The position numbers were made by a program, and so were the translations under genes. Shown here one piece after another: positions 25,794-36,967 of a stretch of DNA of 64,000 nucleotides (position 1 is its first letter; the number at the start of each line of letters is the position of its first letter). Source of the DNA: a virus; IMG/VR virus record IMGVR_UViG_3300046328_000056, positions 2,297 through 66,296 of that record. One strand, written 5' to 3'. The notes beneath the pieces are model-generated. The model saw only the letters and a list, made by a program, of their open reading frames with translations, did no database searches and was not told where the DNA came from.

Positions 25794-28643
25794 ATGTCAT
25801 TCGACCTACTCGATACCGTACTGCCTACGGATGGGCGGTACTGCATTATCGGGATTGGGAAGTACGTAGATCAACGATTCGCAGACACAAGGGAAGAAGC
25901 CGAGACACTCATTCAGAATTTTGTATCTCAGAAAGTCAATGCGTTCTTTGGGTGCGCCAAGTTTGGCCCCCTGAATGACAGGACTCACGAGAACGTAGTA
26001 TCTGTCCGCGCACTGTGGATGGACATAGACTGCGGCCCCACCAAGGGCGTACCGAATTCCAAGGGGAAGATCGAAGGCTACATCGACCAGCAAACAGGGC
26101 TGGCCGAGTTCCAAAAGTTTTGCAAAGCAGTCGGCCTACCAAAGCCCATCCTAATCAACTCCGGCAACGGAATACATGCGTACTGGCTGATTGAAGAGAC
26201 GCTGACCCGCAATCAGTGGGAGCCTCTTGCCAAGCGGTTGAAGCAACTGTGCAAAGAACAGAACCTGATCGTTGACGAGAAGGTGTTTGAAGCATCGCGT
26301 GTACTGCGTCCACTGGGCACATTCAATTTCAAAGCCGACGAGCCAAAGCCTGTTGAGGTTTGGAACGAACACACCACCCCGCTGACGTATGAGCAGTGGA
26401 GAGCATTGCTTGGCGCACCCGAGCCAAAGGTCGAGGAAGACAAGCCCGACTTCGTGCCATCTGCCATGAGCCCCATGATGGAAGCATTGATGGGCAACAA
26501 GGTCAAGAAGTTCAAGACCATCATGATGAAGGGCGATAACGGCTGCGCCCAACTGAACTACGTGTTCCAGAACCAAACCGAAGTAGATGAGCCGCTGTGG
26601 GTATCAGCCCTGTCGATTCCTGCTTTCTGCGTAGATGGAGACAGAGCGGCGCACAAGCTGTCAGACCAGCACCCCGAGTACGACCCCGATGAGGTGGACA
26701 ACAAACTCAGGAATATCCGCAAGCGCGGTGGCCCGCACCACTGCACGACATTTGAAGAGCGTAACCCCGGTGGTTGCGATGGATGCCCACACAAAGGCAA
26801 GATCACTTCACCTATTGTGCTCGGCACAGAGATTCAAGAAGCCGACGATGAAGACAACGAGGTTGTTGTAGAGACCGAAGTTGGCGAAACCAAGTATCAG
26901 ATTCCTGAGTACCCATTCCCATTCTTCCGTGGCAAGAAAGGCGGCATCTATGTGCGCCCACCAGAGGACACCGAAGAAGAACCCAAGATGGTCTATGAGC
27001 ATGACCTGTACGTGGTCAAGCGCATGAGAGACAAAGAGTTGGGCGAGATTGCGCTGTTCAGGCTGCACCTGCCCCACGACGGCGTAAAAGAATTTTCAAT
27101 CACCACTGCGGCAATCTCCGCAAAAGACGAGCTACGCAAACAGCTTGCGCAACAGGGCGTGATGGCACACCACAAACAGTACGAGAACCTTGCCACCTAC
27201 GTCATCACATCAGTTAAGAACTTGCAGTACACAAAGAAGGCAGAAACAATGAGAACACAATTTGGATGGGTCGAGGGAGACAGCAAATTTATCATGGGTG
27301 ACAAAGAGATCACCAAGGACGGCACGTTTTACAGCCCACCGTCATCTACCACCGAGGCGTTCGCCGAGAAGATTCACCCCAAGGGTGACATGCAGGCATG
27401 GAAAGAGGTGTTCAATCTGTATGGGTTGGAGGGCATGGAGCCCCACGCATTTGGCGCACTGACAGCTTTTGGCTCGCCGCTCATGAAGTTCACCGGCTTG
27501 AAGGGCGCAATCATCAACGTGATTTATGAATACGCGGGCTCAGGAAAGTCCACCATCTTGCGTATGTGCAACAGCGTCTATGGGATGCCCGAAGAACTGA
27601 TGGCGATTGAGAAGGACACGTTCAACGCAAAGATGCAACAGCTTGGCGTGATGAACAACCTGCCCAATACGATGGATGAGATCACCAACATGTCAGGCGA
27701 TGAGTTCTCTGACATGGCGTACAGCATCAGCCAAGGCCGGGGCAAGAACCGAGTCAAGAGCCAGTCCAACGCTTTACGAGTTAACAACACATCTTGGCAG
27801 AACATGACCCTGTGCTCGGCCAACGCCAGCTTCCACGAGAAACTTGCCTCCGCAAAGAAATCCCCCGATGGTGAGTCCGTCCGTTTGCTGGAGTACAAGA
27901 TTGAGCCCAACGACGTGATTGGCGTATCTCGGGGCAAGGAGATGTTTGACCACCAACTGAACGCCAACTACGGCCACGCTGGGGAAATCTACCTGTCATG
28001 GCTGGTGAACAACTTGGAAGAAGCCAAGGCGCTGGTGCTTAAGATTCAGGCCCGCCTCGACAAAGAAATCCAGTTCACTTCACGCGAACGCTATTGGTCC
28101 GCGACCGCCGCTTGCAACATCGCCGGAGGCATCATTGCCCACAGCCTTGGTCTGCACGACTTTGATATGAAGCGGGTCTACGCATGGCTCAAGCAGATGT
28201 TGGCTGAGATGCGCCACGAGATCAAACCTGCACAGGATTCCCCTGCCACTTCCTTGGGTGAGTTCATCAACGCCCACATCAACAACGCGCTGGTGGTCAA
28301 CGGCGAGGTAGACGCAAGGAGCAATCTGGGGGCACTTCCATTACTGGAACCCCGTGGAGAGCTGCTGATACGCTACGAGCCAGATACTAAATGCCTGTAC
28401 GTGGCGGCAAAGCAGTTCAAAGACTTCTGCGTCAAACAGCAGATCAACTACCGCAACATGCTCAAACAGTTGGGCGAACACAAGATTTACCTTGAGACCG
28501 TCAACAAGCGCATGTCCAAAGGCATGAAAGTCGTGGCTCCCCCTGTACGTGCGCTCATGTTCAACGCCGCCAATTCTGAGTTCTTGCGCATGGATGAGAT
28601 ACTGCCCGCCAATGAAGATCGAGACAGTAACGTACCAGCTTGA
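25794..28643 (+). CDS. Primase-helicase (RepB/AEP-like primase, DUF927, P-loop)
   Basis: LWMDID, NSGNGIHAYW, SRVLR, Cys cluster, TQFGW, Walker A AGSGKST, MDEIT, GRGKNR. Confidence 0.85.
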   Translation: MSFDLLDTVLPTDGRYCIIGIGKYVDQRFADTREEAETLIQNFVSQKVNAFFGCAKFGPLNDRTHENVVSVRALWMDIDCGPTKGVPNSKGKIEGYIDQQTGLAEFQKFCKAVGLPKPILINSGNGIHAYWLIEETLTRNQWEPLAKRLKQLCKEQNLIVDEKVFEASRVLRPLGTFNFKADEPKPVEVWNEHTTPLTYEQWRALLGAPEPKVEEDKPDFVPSAMSPMMEALMGNKVKKFKTIMMKGDNGCAQLNYVFQNQTEVDEPLWVSALSIPAFCVDGDRAAHKLSDQHPEYDPDEVDNKLRNIRKRGGPHHCTTFEERNPGGCDGCPHKGKITSPIVLGTEIQEADDEDNEVVVETEVGETKYQIPEYPFPFFRGKKGGIYVRPPEDTEEEPKMVYEHDLYVVKRMRDKELGEIALFRLHLPHDGVKEFSITTAAISAKDELRKQLAQQGVMAHHKQYENLATYVITSVKNLQYTKKAETMRTQFGWVEGDSKFIMGDKEITKDGTFYSPPSSTTEAFAEKIHPKGDMQAWKEVFNLYGLEGMEPHAFGALTAFGSPLMKFTGLKGAIINVIYEYAGSGKSTILRMCNSVYGMPEELMAIEKDTFNAKMQQLGVMNNLPNTMDEITNMSGDEFSDMAYSISQGRGKNRVKSQSNALRVNNTSWQNMTLCSANASFHEKLASAKKSPDGESVRLLEYKIEPNDVIGVSRGKEMFDHQLNANYGHAGEIYLSWLVNNLEEAKALVLKIQARLDKEIQFTSRERYWSATAACNIAGGIIAHSLGLHDFDMKRVYAWLKQMLAEMRHEIKPAQDSPATSLGEFINAHINNALVVNGEVDARSNLGALPLLEPRGELLIRYEPDTKCLYVAAKQFKDFCVKQQINYRNMLKQLGEHKIYLETVNKRMSKGMKVVAPPVRALMFNAANSEFLRMDEILPANEDRDSNVPA

Positions 28644-28806
28644 TTGGTCTAAGTTCCGAGTCGGCTATTCGTTTTTTGTACCCTGCATAGACGAGAAGGC
28701 GGCAAGGAAAACCCTAGCGGCTGTTGCAAAACGGCTGAAAATTGAGATTGTTACGAAAGTTGTGATCGCAGACGGCGTCAAAGGACTGCGCGTCTGGCGG
28801 GTCTGA
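28612..28806 (+). CDS. Small conserved protein
   Basis: WSKFRVGYSFFVP...GLRVWR. Confidence 0.65.
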   Translation: MKIETVTYQLDWSKFRVGYSFFVPCIDEKAARKTLAAVAKRLKIEIVTKVVIADGVKGLRVWRV

Positions 28807-28854
28807 GATAAACTTTGGAGTGGAAGAGTTAGCTCCTTCCGATACTCCTTTGAC

Positions 28855-28879
28855 CCCCCGCCTTGTGCGGGGGTTTTTT
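28855..28879 (+). terminator. Terminator where the two arms converge
   Basis: CCCCCGC-CTTGT-GCGGGGG followed by a T run; an extra hairpin at 28817-28848. Confidence 0.75.
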
Positions 28880-31800
28880 ATTGGGCCATCAGCCGCTCAC
28901 GCTCCAGCTTCTTCTCTGATGGTTCCAACAAGTCAAGCAGTTGCGGGTAGTATTTCTTGTCGATGGGCATACCACGGTCAGACTTCATCTTGCGCTCAAT
29001 CTGCTTCTTGATGGATTGCTTGATGTTGTCCCCACCGATTGCGTCATAGGGGTTCCGGCTGTTGAACGTGAACACGTTGTTAAAAGCTTTCTCAACGTCC
29101 TCATCTGAGCCTTTATCCAGCTCCCGCTCCAAACGATCGAGCAGCTTGGTGCGTTCCCGCTTCACCTTCAGAATCTCACCTTGCAAGTGGAAGATTGCTT
29201 CCCGCCGGGCCACGAGCCCTTCGGTGGCAAAGCCCATAGACTGAGCCAGCAACTGCCCTTGAGTGAACTCCTCGGCTTCCTTGATAACCGCACCCGAAGT
29301 GGTGGTTGCGCCTTCTTTGCCGTACCGATAAGCGGTGAGTGAGCCACGAGCAAAAGCTGGGGCCAACTGCTCGATACCCCGTGCAATTTCGCCTTTGTTG
29401 AAGAAGTCGATAGCGTTGGGGATTTGTTTGAACGTGATTGACGCACTGGGGCCGAGTAAGGACATAAGGTATTCCTGCATAGCCGCAGCAGAAGTCGCCT
29501 GCTCTTTTACGTCGGGCACCCACATGTTGTTCATGGACAAGCTACCGGAGATGTCGTAGCCCGTCATGGAGGCAATCAAGCCTTTGTCCAGAATTTCGTC
29601 GAGTGTGTGGTCGCCGATCTTGATGTTGCCAAAAGTCTGGGGGAGCCACTTGTTGCGGAACCAGAACTCCAAGTCGCGCTCTTCCAACGGGTCTTCATCG
29701 TCCTCGTCGCGGATTGCGTTCATCATGCCTTGGATTGCGCCCATAGCCATTGTTGCACCGGGGATACCAACGTAGCCAGCAAGCGCAGTGGACATGGTCA
29801 ATGTGCCGACCAACTGAGTCATGGCCTTGGCGCGATCTTTTGCGTCGATCCCAGCCAGCGCGCGGTAAGCGTTACGGACAAAGAACGTAGTCACAAACGC
29901 GGGGAACATCTTGAACTGAAGAATTGTGCGGCCCACGGGCTTTTGCGCGTTAATTAAGACTTGGCGTTCAGAGTCGGCCAACAAACCGCGAGGGCGGTTG
30001 GATGCGTGGTAGTTGCCCAAGGCTTCGTGAGTCTCGGCTTCGGCTGCACGCAGGGCTTCTTCGTGGGTGTACTTTTTGCCGGTTTCCTTGTTGGTCTGCT
30101 GGGAGTACAGATCGTAGGAGGTCATGAAAGTCACTTCACGAATCATGCGCTCAGTGTGGTGGAACAAGCTGGTCATCACATTGCTGACGGTGCGCATAGT
30201 GCGGCGTACCCCGCCCTCAAGTTGGTTTGTCGGCGTATCTCTACGGTTGCCAAGGTCGTAGGCCAGTGTGTTGTCGCTGATGCCTCTGTCTGCCATGTAT
30301 TGCGCAGCCAGCTTTTGGTTCTCGGTCAACTTCACCAAACCGTTGTTCAGGTATGAGGGGAACTCAAACGTGGACGAGCCGTCTTCAGCTTGGCGGCGAA
30401 TACCGCTTGTACCAAAGATAGCCATTGACTTGGCAAGGGCCGCGCCTACCTTGACAGGATTGAACCCGTGGTTGGATGTAAGCACTGGGCCAACAAAGAT
30501 TGGAAGCGCCGTCAACTGAGTAGCGGCAGTTTTGACCGAGGTCATCAACCACAAGTAGGCCGAAGAATTCAACAGCGCAGAAGTTTTGTAGCCGAGGCTG
30601 TCTTCTGGGTCGGGGCGCACTTGCTGCTCGGCACGCATACGCATCTCGGTAACAAACTCGCCGAGGCGGGCTTTGTCTGGGTTACCTGCAAGCGTGTCGG
30701 TTGCGCGTTCAAGCTCGCCCATGATGCGGGGGCCGTACTTGATGCGGGCCAGTTGGTTGGCCATGTTTGTGCCGGTCACTGCGAAGTTACGAGCAATGTC
30801 GCCACTGAAACCAGTAGTGCCTTGGCGGTGCATGTACTGTCTGCGGAAGTTGCGGTCAGGCAAAGTCTGCAAGTACATCTGGTAGATTTCGTCTTTGAGC
30901 TTCTCGGCATCAATGCTGGACATGGTGGAGACTGCGTTACCGAAATCATCAACGATCTCTTTGCCCGCTTTTACACCGTTGTCGATTGAGTTGAAGATTT
31001 CCTTCAACATGCCGCTGGCGTCCAAGTCCCGCTTGCGTGCGTCGGACAAGTCATTGCCCATGTCAATCACTCCAGATTCCTGCATCTCGCGCAAGGATTC
31101 AGTAGTGCCAGCCTCTTGTATTTGACGGATGCGCTTACGCAAGAACATGTTGCGATCAAAGGCGTTCTCAAACATGTAGAACTCGCGGTTCACGCCCTTG
31201 CCAATTCGCAGCCAGTATTGGCCGTAACGCATCAACGGGAAGTACGGATACAGCTTCTTGCCGTCTTCGTAGATTTGTTTGATCTGTGCAATCAGCTTGC
31301 CTTTGGGGGACTTGCCATCTTTAGCAGTGCCAGCCAGCTTTGAGTTTGCGATTTGCTCTTCTAGCAACACATGGTACTGCTCATGGTTGGCTTTGTAGAA
31401 GTCGCGCACCTGCTCGTACAGCTTCTTGTTTGCGTCGGTCAGACCATCCCACATCTTCTTCAGGTCCGCGTCTTTGCTCAGGTTGCCAGCCACAGTCGGG
31501 TCACGGTACAGCAACGTAGAGTAGTGCATCACATTGGCCAAGCGCCGCATTTGGTCAGGCGCACTGCGTGCTAACTTAGCCAGAGCTTCAGAGACGGGCA
31601 CCATGTCCAGCGTGAGTTTGTTGCGCATTGCGGCCATGTCAGTGAGATACTGCCAAGCTTCTCTGATGCCGACAACACCACTGCGCTCAGACCATTGAAC
31701 CACGGCTTCTGTTTGCAATGTAGGCAGTACCTGACGCATCTTGAAGTTATCAAAGCCAGCGTACATAGAAGACAACGCATCGGTCAAGTCCTCCATACTG

Positions 31801-34634
31801 CGGATATTCACAAGGCCGGGCAACTCACGGATGGTGTCGGCAAAGCTGGATTTCTCCATGCGCTCAACCATCTTGTTGGTCTTGATCTTCTTCTTTTTAA
31901 GTTCAGAAGAAACTTCCGTGGCATCTGCACTGGCTCGTTCCGCAGCAATCTCCGCCCGCATATCGGCGGTCAGACGGGAACTGAGCATTGAATTGGTAAC
32001 GGCGATTACATCTGCAAGGGCGCTGGTGTGCATTGGCCCCATGTTGAAGAACTGACGCACGTTGTTGACGAACCGAGTGAACAGCGACTGCTTGGTAACG
32101 CCCTCGGTCTCCATCAAGAACTTCTGGAAACGTGGGTGGGACATTGCATAAGCAACAAACTCGCGGGGGTCACCAAAGATGTCGGAGACCACCAGTTCCC
32201 CCATAAATTCTGGCAACGTGCCTGCGGCGTGCATTTCTTTCACACGCTTCAAAGTCATGTCCATAGTGCCTTGCAAGGCATCAAACGCTTTTACCAAATT
32301 AGCGTTGAGTTCTTTACCTGCGTTGTACGCCCCGTATGCCGCAGTTATTTTTTCATTCAGCGCGGCGTGCAGCATCTCGTGCAGCACGGTGACATTGTTC
32401 ACGCCTTGGTTAGGGCCTCCAGTTACGCCGCGAACAAAGACAAAGCGTTCGCCAGTAGACACAACCCGCAAGAACATGCCACGGGATTCGTTCCAGTCGG
32501 CCTCTACTTTTCCTTCAATGATCTGAGGTGGCAACTGCGCGTCTTCCTCGATGACCATGAACTTGACGTCTTTTACAAACGGCAACAGGCGAGCGGCCAA
32601 GAATCTTTGGAACGCATTACCAGTCTTGATGACGTGCCGCAGTGCTTGCTGGCCAGTGGTCATCTTGCTGAATCTGGAGTCAGCACGGCCCGCTTTGACC
32701 TCGGTCACAGCCTTGGATACTTGGGCAGCAATACCCTTTCTCACATTCTCCAACTCCATGCGAGTAATGGCGGGGTTCTTCAGCAGTGCTTCTGCTCGGT
32801 CACCCGGCTTAGTACCCTTGAGGGAACGCGCTAGCAACATCAAAGACTTGATCGCTTGGATTTTGCCGATGCGCTTGTCTCTTTCAGCGGCGGCTAAATT
32901 TTCATCGGAAGTAATCTTGTCTTCATCAATGGGAGTGAGCGCTTCATTGAGCGCCTCCTCAGCAGTGTTAACAGCCTTCTCGTTTTCTTTCCAGTTTGCA
33001 GTTTGTTGTGCCCGACGTGCATCGCTGGCGGCTTTTGCTTCTGGGCTCAGGGGTTTACGGCCACGCTTAGTCTTGACCGACACTTCTTCCGCCACTTCTT
33101 CAGTAGGCAGAGTAGCCAAATCGCCAACGGCCTCAGCAACGTCGTCTGGGATCGCAGCTTCTTCAGCAATTACTTCGTCTGACTGCTCGGCTAATTCGGC
33201 AGCGGTTTCTACCGGCTCGGCAACGGTTGGTTCAATGACCGGGGCTGGAGTTTCTTCTGGTTGCTCGGCTAGTTCGGCAACGGGCTCAACGGGGGCTGTT
33301 TCTTGTCCTTGCGTTTCTGCTTGGATGGTTTCAGGGGTTTCAATGCCAACTTGGTCTCCTTGTTCAAACGGGTCAACTATTGCAACGGGCTGTGTTGCTT
33401 CTCCTGTAGCAACCCCTGCAACATCCTGTCCAGCAGGAACCACTCCACTTGGCTCAGGGACTCCAACTCCTCCGGGGGCGATGTCTGCACTGGGCTGTTC
33501 AGCCACTGGAACGCCTGCTCCACTTGGCTCGGTGATAGTCTGTCCAGCATCTGGTTCTCCTTGAGCTTCCTCACTTGCAGGGGCTTTCTCTTCAGCTTCC
33601 AAAGTCGCGGCTTCAATCGCTCGGATGTTTGCCTGCGCGGGGTCGAGCCCCATGTCTAGGAAAGTTTGCTGGAATTGCGCAACGCGCTCAGGTTCGATGT
33701 CAGTGATGCCTTGCTTGGTCAGGTCGGCAGCAATCTTCTCAACTTCTAACGGCGCTTGTCCGGGTGTTGTAGGTTCTTGGGTAGGCGCAGTTTTAGGAGC
33801 AAGCAGTTCTTTTGCGCCCTGCACCGTAGCACCGAGTCCACCACCAACAATTGCGGCTTCAGCACCGCGAGTCAAAGCTTCTTCTGCGCTCAGACCTTTT
33901 TGTGTGCCCGCAGCTTCGCCAAGGTACGCTGCTTCTTCTTCAGCAACCTCAGTGCCCGCCTGAATACCTGTCTCTTTTGCAATCCGCCCCGCAGTTGAGC
34001 CGCCCGCAGTTGGTTTGAGCAAGCCTTTGGTGGCGAAGCGTTCAAGCGTGGATTCAATGACAGCCGCAGAAGCGGCGGCGGTTACATCCCCTACGGTAGC
34101 TTCGTCGAGTGTTTTGTTGTCGTTCTTGACCCGCTCGTCCAAGATTTCTTTTGTGCGCGCCGCCACATAAGCAGGGAACACGCCTGCTGCGGCGACCATG
34201 TCGGGGGAAGACGTGATTACCCGCTCGGCAATAAACGGAATTGCTTTAAGCGGATTGGTGCCCAGCTCTTTGAGCTGCGTGCTTGGCTGGTAACCGAGGC
34301 TCTCATCAAAACCCTTCAACGACTTCGCCCAATCAAACAAGGGCTGAAGCTGCTTTTTGTTTTTAATGTCTTCTTCGCTTATGCCTGACAGGGGTACAGC
34401 CAATTCCAGCTTGTCACCGAGCCTCTCGGCAGCCTCTGCCACTGCGCTAACACCCGCACCAGCCAAGGATGCGACACGGCCAAGCGCCCCAGTGAAGGGG
34501 TTTGCTGTGGTCTCTTTCGGGGGCGTAGTTTGGGCAAAGGGGTCAACGATCTGCGGCGCGGATTGCGCCTCAAAGGGGTCAACGATACCCCTCCGTTGCG
34601 GTTGTTGCGCCTCAAACGGATCAATGATGGCCAT
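28878..34634 (-). CDS. Large internal virion / ejection protein with a zincin-like motif
   Basis: 1918 aa, last gene of the late arm; acidic Pro/Ala/Glu linker; HExxH (VLHEMLHAAL); YFPLMRYG; repeated I(I/V)DPF. Confidence 0.7.
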   Translation of the reverse strand: MAIIDPFEAQQPQRRGIVDPFEAQSAPQIVDPFAQTTPPKETTANPFTGALGRVASLAGAGVSAVAEAAERLGDKLELAVPLSGISEEDIKNKKQLQPLFDWAKSLKGFDESLGYQPSTQLKELGTNPLKAIPFIAERVITSSPDMVAAAGVFPAYVAARTKEILDERVKNDNKTLDEATVGDVTAAASAAVIESTLERFATKGLLKPTAGGSTAGRIAKETGIQAGTEVAEEEAAYLGEAAGTQKGLSAEEALTRGAEAAIVGGGLGATVQGAKELLAPKTAPTQEPTTPGQAPLEVEKIAADLTKQGITDIEPERVAQFQQTFLDMGLDPAQANIRAIEAATLEAEEKAPASEEAQGEPDAGQTITEPSGAGVPVAEQPSADIAPGGVGVPEPSGVVPAGQDVAGVATGEATQPVAIVDPFEQGDQVGIETPETIQAETQGQETAPVEPVAELAEQPEETPAPVIEPTVAEPVETAAELAEQSDEVIAEEAAIPDDVAEAVGDLATLPTEEVAEEVSVKTKRGRKPLSPEAKAASDARRAQQTANWKENEKAVNTAEEALNEALTPIDEDKITSDENLAAAERDKRIGKIQAIKSLMLLARSLKGTKPGDRAEALLKNPAITRMELENVRKGIAAQVSKAVTEVKAGRADSRFSKMTTGQQALRHVIKTGNAFQRFLAARLLPFVKDVKFMVIEEDAQLPPQIIEGKVEADWNESRGMFLRVVSTGERFVFVRGVTGGPNQGVNNVTVLHEMLHAALNEKITAAYGAYNAGKELNANLVKAFDALQGTMDMTLKRVKEMHAAGTLPEFMGELVVSDIFGDPREFVAYAMSHPRFQKFLMETEGVTKQSLFTRFVNNVRQFFNMGPMHTSALADVIAVTNSMLSSRLTADMRAEIAAERASADATEVSSELKKKKIKTNKMVERMEKSSFADTIRELPGLVNIRSMEDLTDALSSMYAGFDNFKMRQVLPTLQTEAVVQWSERSGVVGIREAWQYLTDMAAMRNKLTLDMVPVSEALAKLARSAPDQMRRLANVMHYSTLLYRDPTVAGNLSKDADLKKMWDGLTDANKKLYEQVRDFYKANHEQYHVLLEEQIANSKLAGTAKDGKSPKGKLIAQIKQIYEDGKKLYPYFPLMRYGQYWLRIGKGVNREFYMFENAFDRNMFLRKRIRQIQEAGTTESLREMQESGVIDMGNDLSDARKRDLDASGMLKEIFNSIDNGVKAGKEIVDDFGNAVSTMSSIDAEKLKDEIYQMYLQTLPDRNFRRQYMHRQGTTGFSGDIARNFAVTGTNMANQLARIKYGPRIMGELERATDTLAGNPDKARLGEFVTEMRMRAEQQVRPDPEDSLGYKTSALLNSSAYLWLMTSVKTAATQLTALPIFVGPVLTSNHGFNPVKVGAALAKSMAIFGTSGIRRQAEDGSSTFEFPSYLNNGLVKLTENQKLAAQYMADRGISDNTLAYDLGNRRDTPTNQLEGGVRRTMRTVSNVMTSLFHHTERMIREVTFMTSYDLYSQQTNKETGKKYTHEEALRAAEAETHEALGNYHASNRPRGLLADSERQVLINAQKPVGRTILQFKMFPAFVTTFFVRNAYRALAGIDAKDRAKAMTQLVGTLTMSTALAGYVGIPGATMAMGAIQGMMNAIRDEDDEDPLEERDLEFWFRNKWLPQTFGNIKIGDHTLDEILDKGLIASMTGYDISGSLSMNNMWVPDVKEQATSAAAMQEYLMSLLGPSASITFKQIPNAIDFFNKGEIARGIEQLAPAFARGSLTAYRYGKEGATTTSGAVIKEAEEFTQGQLLAQSMGFATEGLVARREAIFHLQGEILKVKRERTKLLDRLERELDKGSDEDVEKAFNNVFTFNSRNPYDAIGGDNIKQSIKKQIERKMKSDRGMPIDKKYYPQLLDLLEPSEKKLERERLMAQ

Positions 34635-34645
34635 GCCGAACCCCT

Positions 34646-36967
34646 TTATTTGCCGTATTTTTGATTGTAGTAGGCAGCTAAGTCTGCGTCAGATACACCG
34701 GGGTTTGCTTTTCTAGCCGCATCCATAAACGCTTGCATAGAAGGTTTAGCAACAGGGGCCGCAGCTTGAGGGGCGGCAGCGGGGGCTGTGTTTGACAACT
34801 CCGTTGCTACACCTTGGCGAATACGGGCGGCTTCTGCGGTGTTGCCCTTTTGCACTGCCTTCAAGTAAGGTACGTTGCTTTCCAGCGCCTTATCCACACG
34901 GGCTTGGAATTTGGCGTCCGCGCCTTCTCTAGCAATATCAAGCTTCTCAGTACCGGGGAAACGGCCAAGATCACTCGCAGCCATTGAAGCGGCTTCGGCC
35001 ATTGTTTGTTTATTGGCTGGTTTACCTTGTTCAATCAAAGAGTCGTAGCGAATACGAGTTTGACGCGCAAGATCGGTTTCTTTGTTCGCGGCCATTTGTT
35101 GCGCTTTAAGTGTTGCAGCCGTTTGCATTTCTGTACCGGCCAAACCTGCGTTGAGCTGTGCAACTTTTTCTTCCGCCCCAATTTTGAGCTTGAGCCCTTC
35201 CAGTCTTTGCGCTTCGGCTTTGTCTTCCAGTGAGGTGGCCTTGCCAACCATACCTTCTTTACGTGCTTGTTGCGCAGTAGCCAGAGTGATCTCGGACTGA
35301 CGCAGTCGATCTTTGGCTTCCTTGGTTTCTTTGGCCACCCGAGCCACTTCACCCGTGAACGCTTTAACAGACTTGCTGGCTCCCTCGCGGAAGTTTTTAG
35401 CGCCGATCATTTCGGCAGCGGCAAGCAGAGCACCGAGACCCTTGGCCTCGTCCATGTTTTTACCCAAGCCAGCACGCTCAGCTTTTACTTCTTCCAAGTA
35501 ACCGGCAGTGGCATCCGGGCCGTACAGCTTTTGAACAAACGGCAACTGCTTCTCAACACCAGCTTGGTACTGCTCGGCAGTCTGAGGTTTGTATTCATCG
35601 ACTAGGCTAGACAAGCCTTTGAGGGACTCGTCGGTTTTTTGTCTGTATGAACCGCCACCAGCCATTGCAACGATGCCGCCATCCGCCATCATTTGTTCTT
35701 GTTGCTCAGGGGCAATCTGATCGAACGCACTGCCAAGCCCTGCGGTCAAAGATTTGGACTGGGCAAGCTCAGCCAGACGTTCGTCGATTGCGTCTACAGT
35801 GTCCATGTCCCTGCGGTTCAACGCATTTTCACGAGCTTGCTGTAACTGCTCTGGGCCAAGTTTGTCGATGATGCTTTCCACGTTGCCTTGACTGGTCACG
35901 CCGCCTTCAGCCATGAACTTGCTCAGGCCATATGCGCCCATGCCAATACCAGCCAAGTCTTGCAAACCAGAACCAGCGGGTTGATACATGTTGGTCACGC
36001 TTGAAGAGCCAGTAGGTGTACCGCGCAGCAAGTCGGACATGAAGCCCAATTGTTTGTAAGGGTAGTTCTGTTGGTTCAGGAAGTCCTGATAACCCACGTC
36101 CAAACCTTTTTGCGCTTGAGCTTGCTGCATACCACCATAAGCCGACTGAAGCTTATTGATGTCCATGCCTTGTTGGAACTGCTGACCACCCAACTGGCCA
36201 AGAGTACCTGCTGCTTGCAGACCAGTCTGAAGTCCTTGCAACCCCAAGCCTGCGCCGTATTGACGAGACTGTTCACCCAGTTGTTGGGCTTGCAGTCGGC
36301 GAGCTTGATCGGCATTGAATTGTTGCTGAGCTTGTTGGAACGAAGTGTTCAAACCCTGCGCTTGGATGTCGCCCTTTTGAGTTGCCAGATTACGCGCAGC
36401 TTCAGCATCTGTGATCGCTTGGCGGCTACCGCCAAATGCGCCGGACCTGACCGCTTGAGCGTTGCGTTGTGTGCCAGCAATATCCGCTTGACGTTGTGCT
36501 TCACGTTGCTGAACATCCACCACATTCTGCATGTAGGGGTTCATGTATTGCTCAGCGGCACGGTTTCCAAACTGACCGCCCGAGAAGCGACCGGCTTGGT
36601 AGTTTGTATTCATAGCGCCAAGGCCCGCCGCACCAGCCAAGCCCGTACCCATACCCAACTGAGACGCTGGACCCATTGTTCCCGCGCCGGTCATAGCTTG
36701 CTGCTGCAAAGGTTGAAAGCCAGCAATGCGGTCTTTGTCGTATTGCTGGTATGGGTTTTTATTTGTGTCAGTTAGGGCTTCGCCCTTAGCCAGAATATCC
36801 TTGGCGTAACCGCGAGCCCATTCAGGCAAATCGGTTGTTGTGGTTTGGGTTTGCGCAGGGCCAGAACCACCGCCGTCACCATAGACAATACGCCCGCCTT
36901 CAGCCCGGGTTACTGAATCGCCCAAAGGCTCGCCCAAAGCATAAAGTTGGCGACGTGAATAGCTCAT
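34646..36967 (-). CDS. Internal virion / DNA-injection protein
   Basis: 773 aa, Gln/Ala/Gly-rich; YMNPYMQNVVD, GAFGGSRQAI, YQDFLNQQNYP. Confidence 0.7.
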   Translation of the reverse strand: MSYSRRQLYALGEPLGDSVTRAEGGRIVYGDGGGSGPAQTQTTTTDLPEWARGYAKDILAKGEALTDTNKNPYQQYDKDRIAGFQPLQQQAMTGAGTMGPASQLGMGTGLAGAAGLGAMNTNYQAGRFSGGQFGNRAAEQYMNPYMQNVVDVQQREAQRQADIAGTQRNAQAVRSGAFGGSRQAITDAEAARNLATQKGDIQAQGLNTSFQQAQQQFNADQARRLQAQQLGEQSRQYGAGLGLQGLQTGLQAAGTLGQLGGQQFQQGMDINKLQSAYGGMQQAQAQKGLDVGYQDFLNQQNYPYKQLGFMSDLLRGTPTGSSSVTNMYQPAGSGLQDLAGIGMGAYGLSKFMAEGGVTSQGNVESIIDKLGPEQLQQARENALNRRDMDTVDAIDERLAELAQSKSLTAGLGSAFDQIAPEQQEQMMADGGIVAMAGGGSYRQKTDESLKGLSSLVDEYKPQTAEQYQAGVEKQLPFVQKLYGPDATAGYLEEVKAERAGLGKNMDEAKGLGALLAAAEMIGAKNFREGASKSVKAFTGEVARVAKETKEAKDRLRQSEITLATAQQARKEGMVGKATSLEDKAEAQRLEGLKLKIGAEEKVAQLNAGLAGTEMQTAATLKAQQMAANKETDLARQTRIRYDSLIEQGKPANKQTMAEAASMAASDLGRFPGTEKLDIAREGADAKFQARVDKALESNVPYLKAVQKGNTAEAARIRQGVATELSNTAPAAAPQAAAPVAKPSMQAFMDAARKANPGVSDADLAAYYNQKYGK

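Noticed and set aside
32028-33564. Long + strand ORFs (268 and 337 aa) opposite the 1918-aa gene, and similar antisense ORFs elsewhere
   Set aside because: Typical antisense shadows of biased codon usage with no motifs, unlike the motif-bearing nested HNH and Rz1 ORFs.
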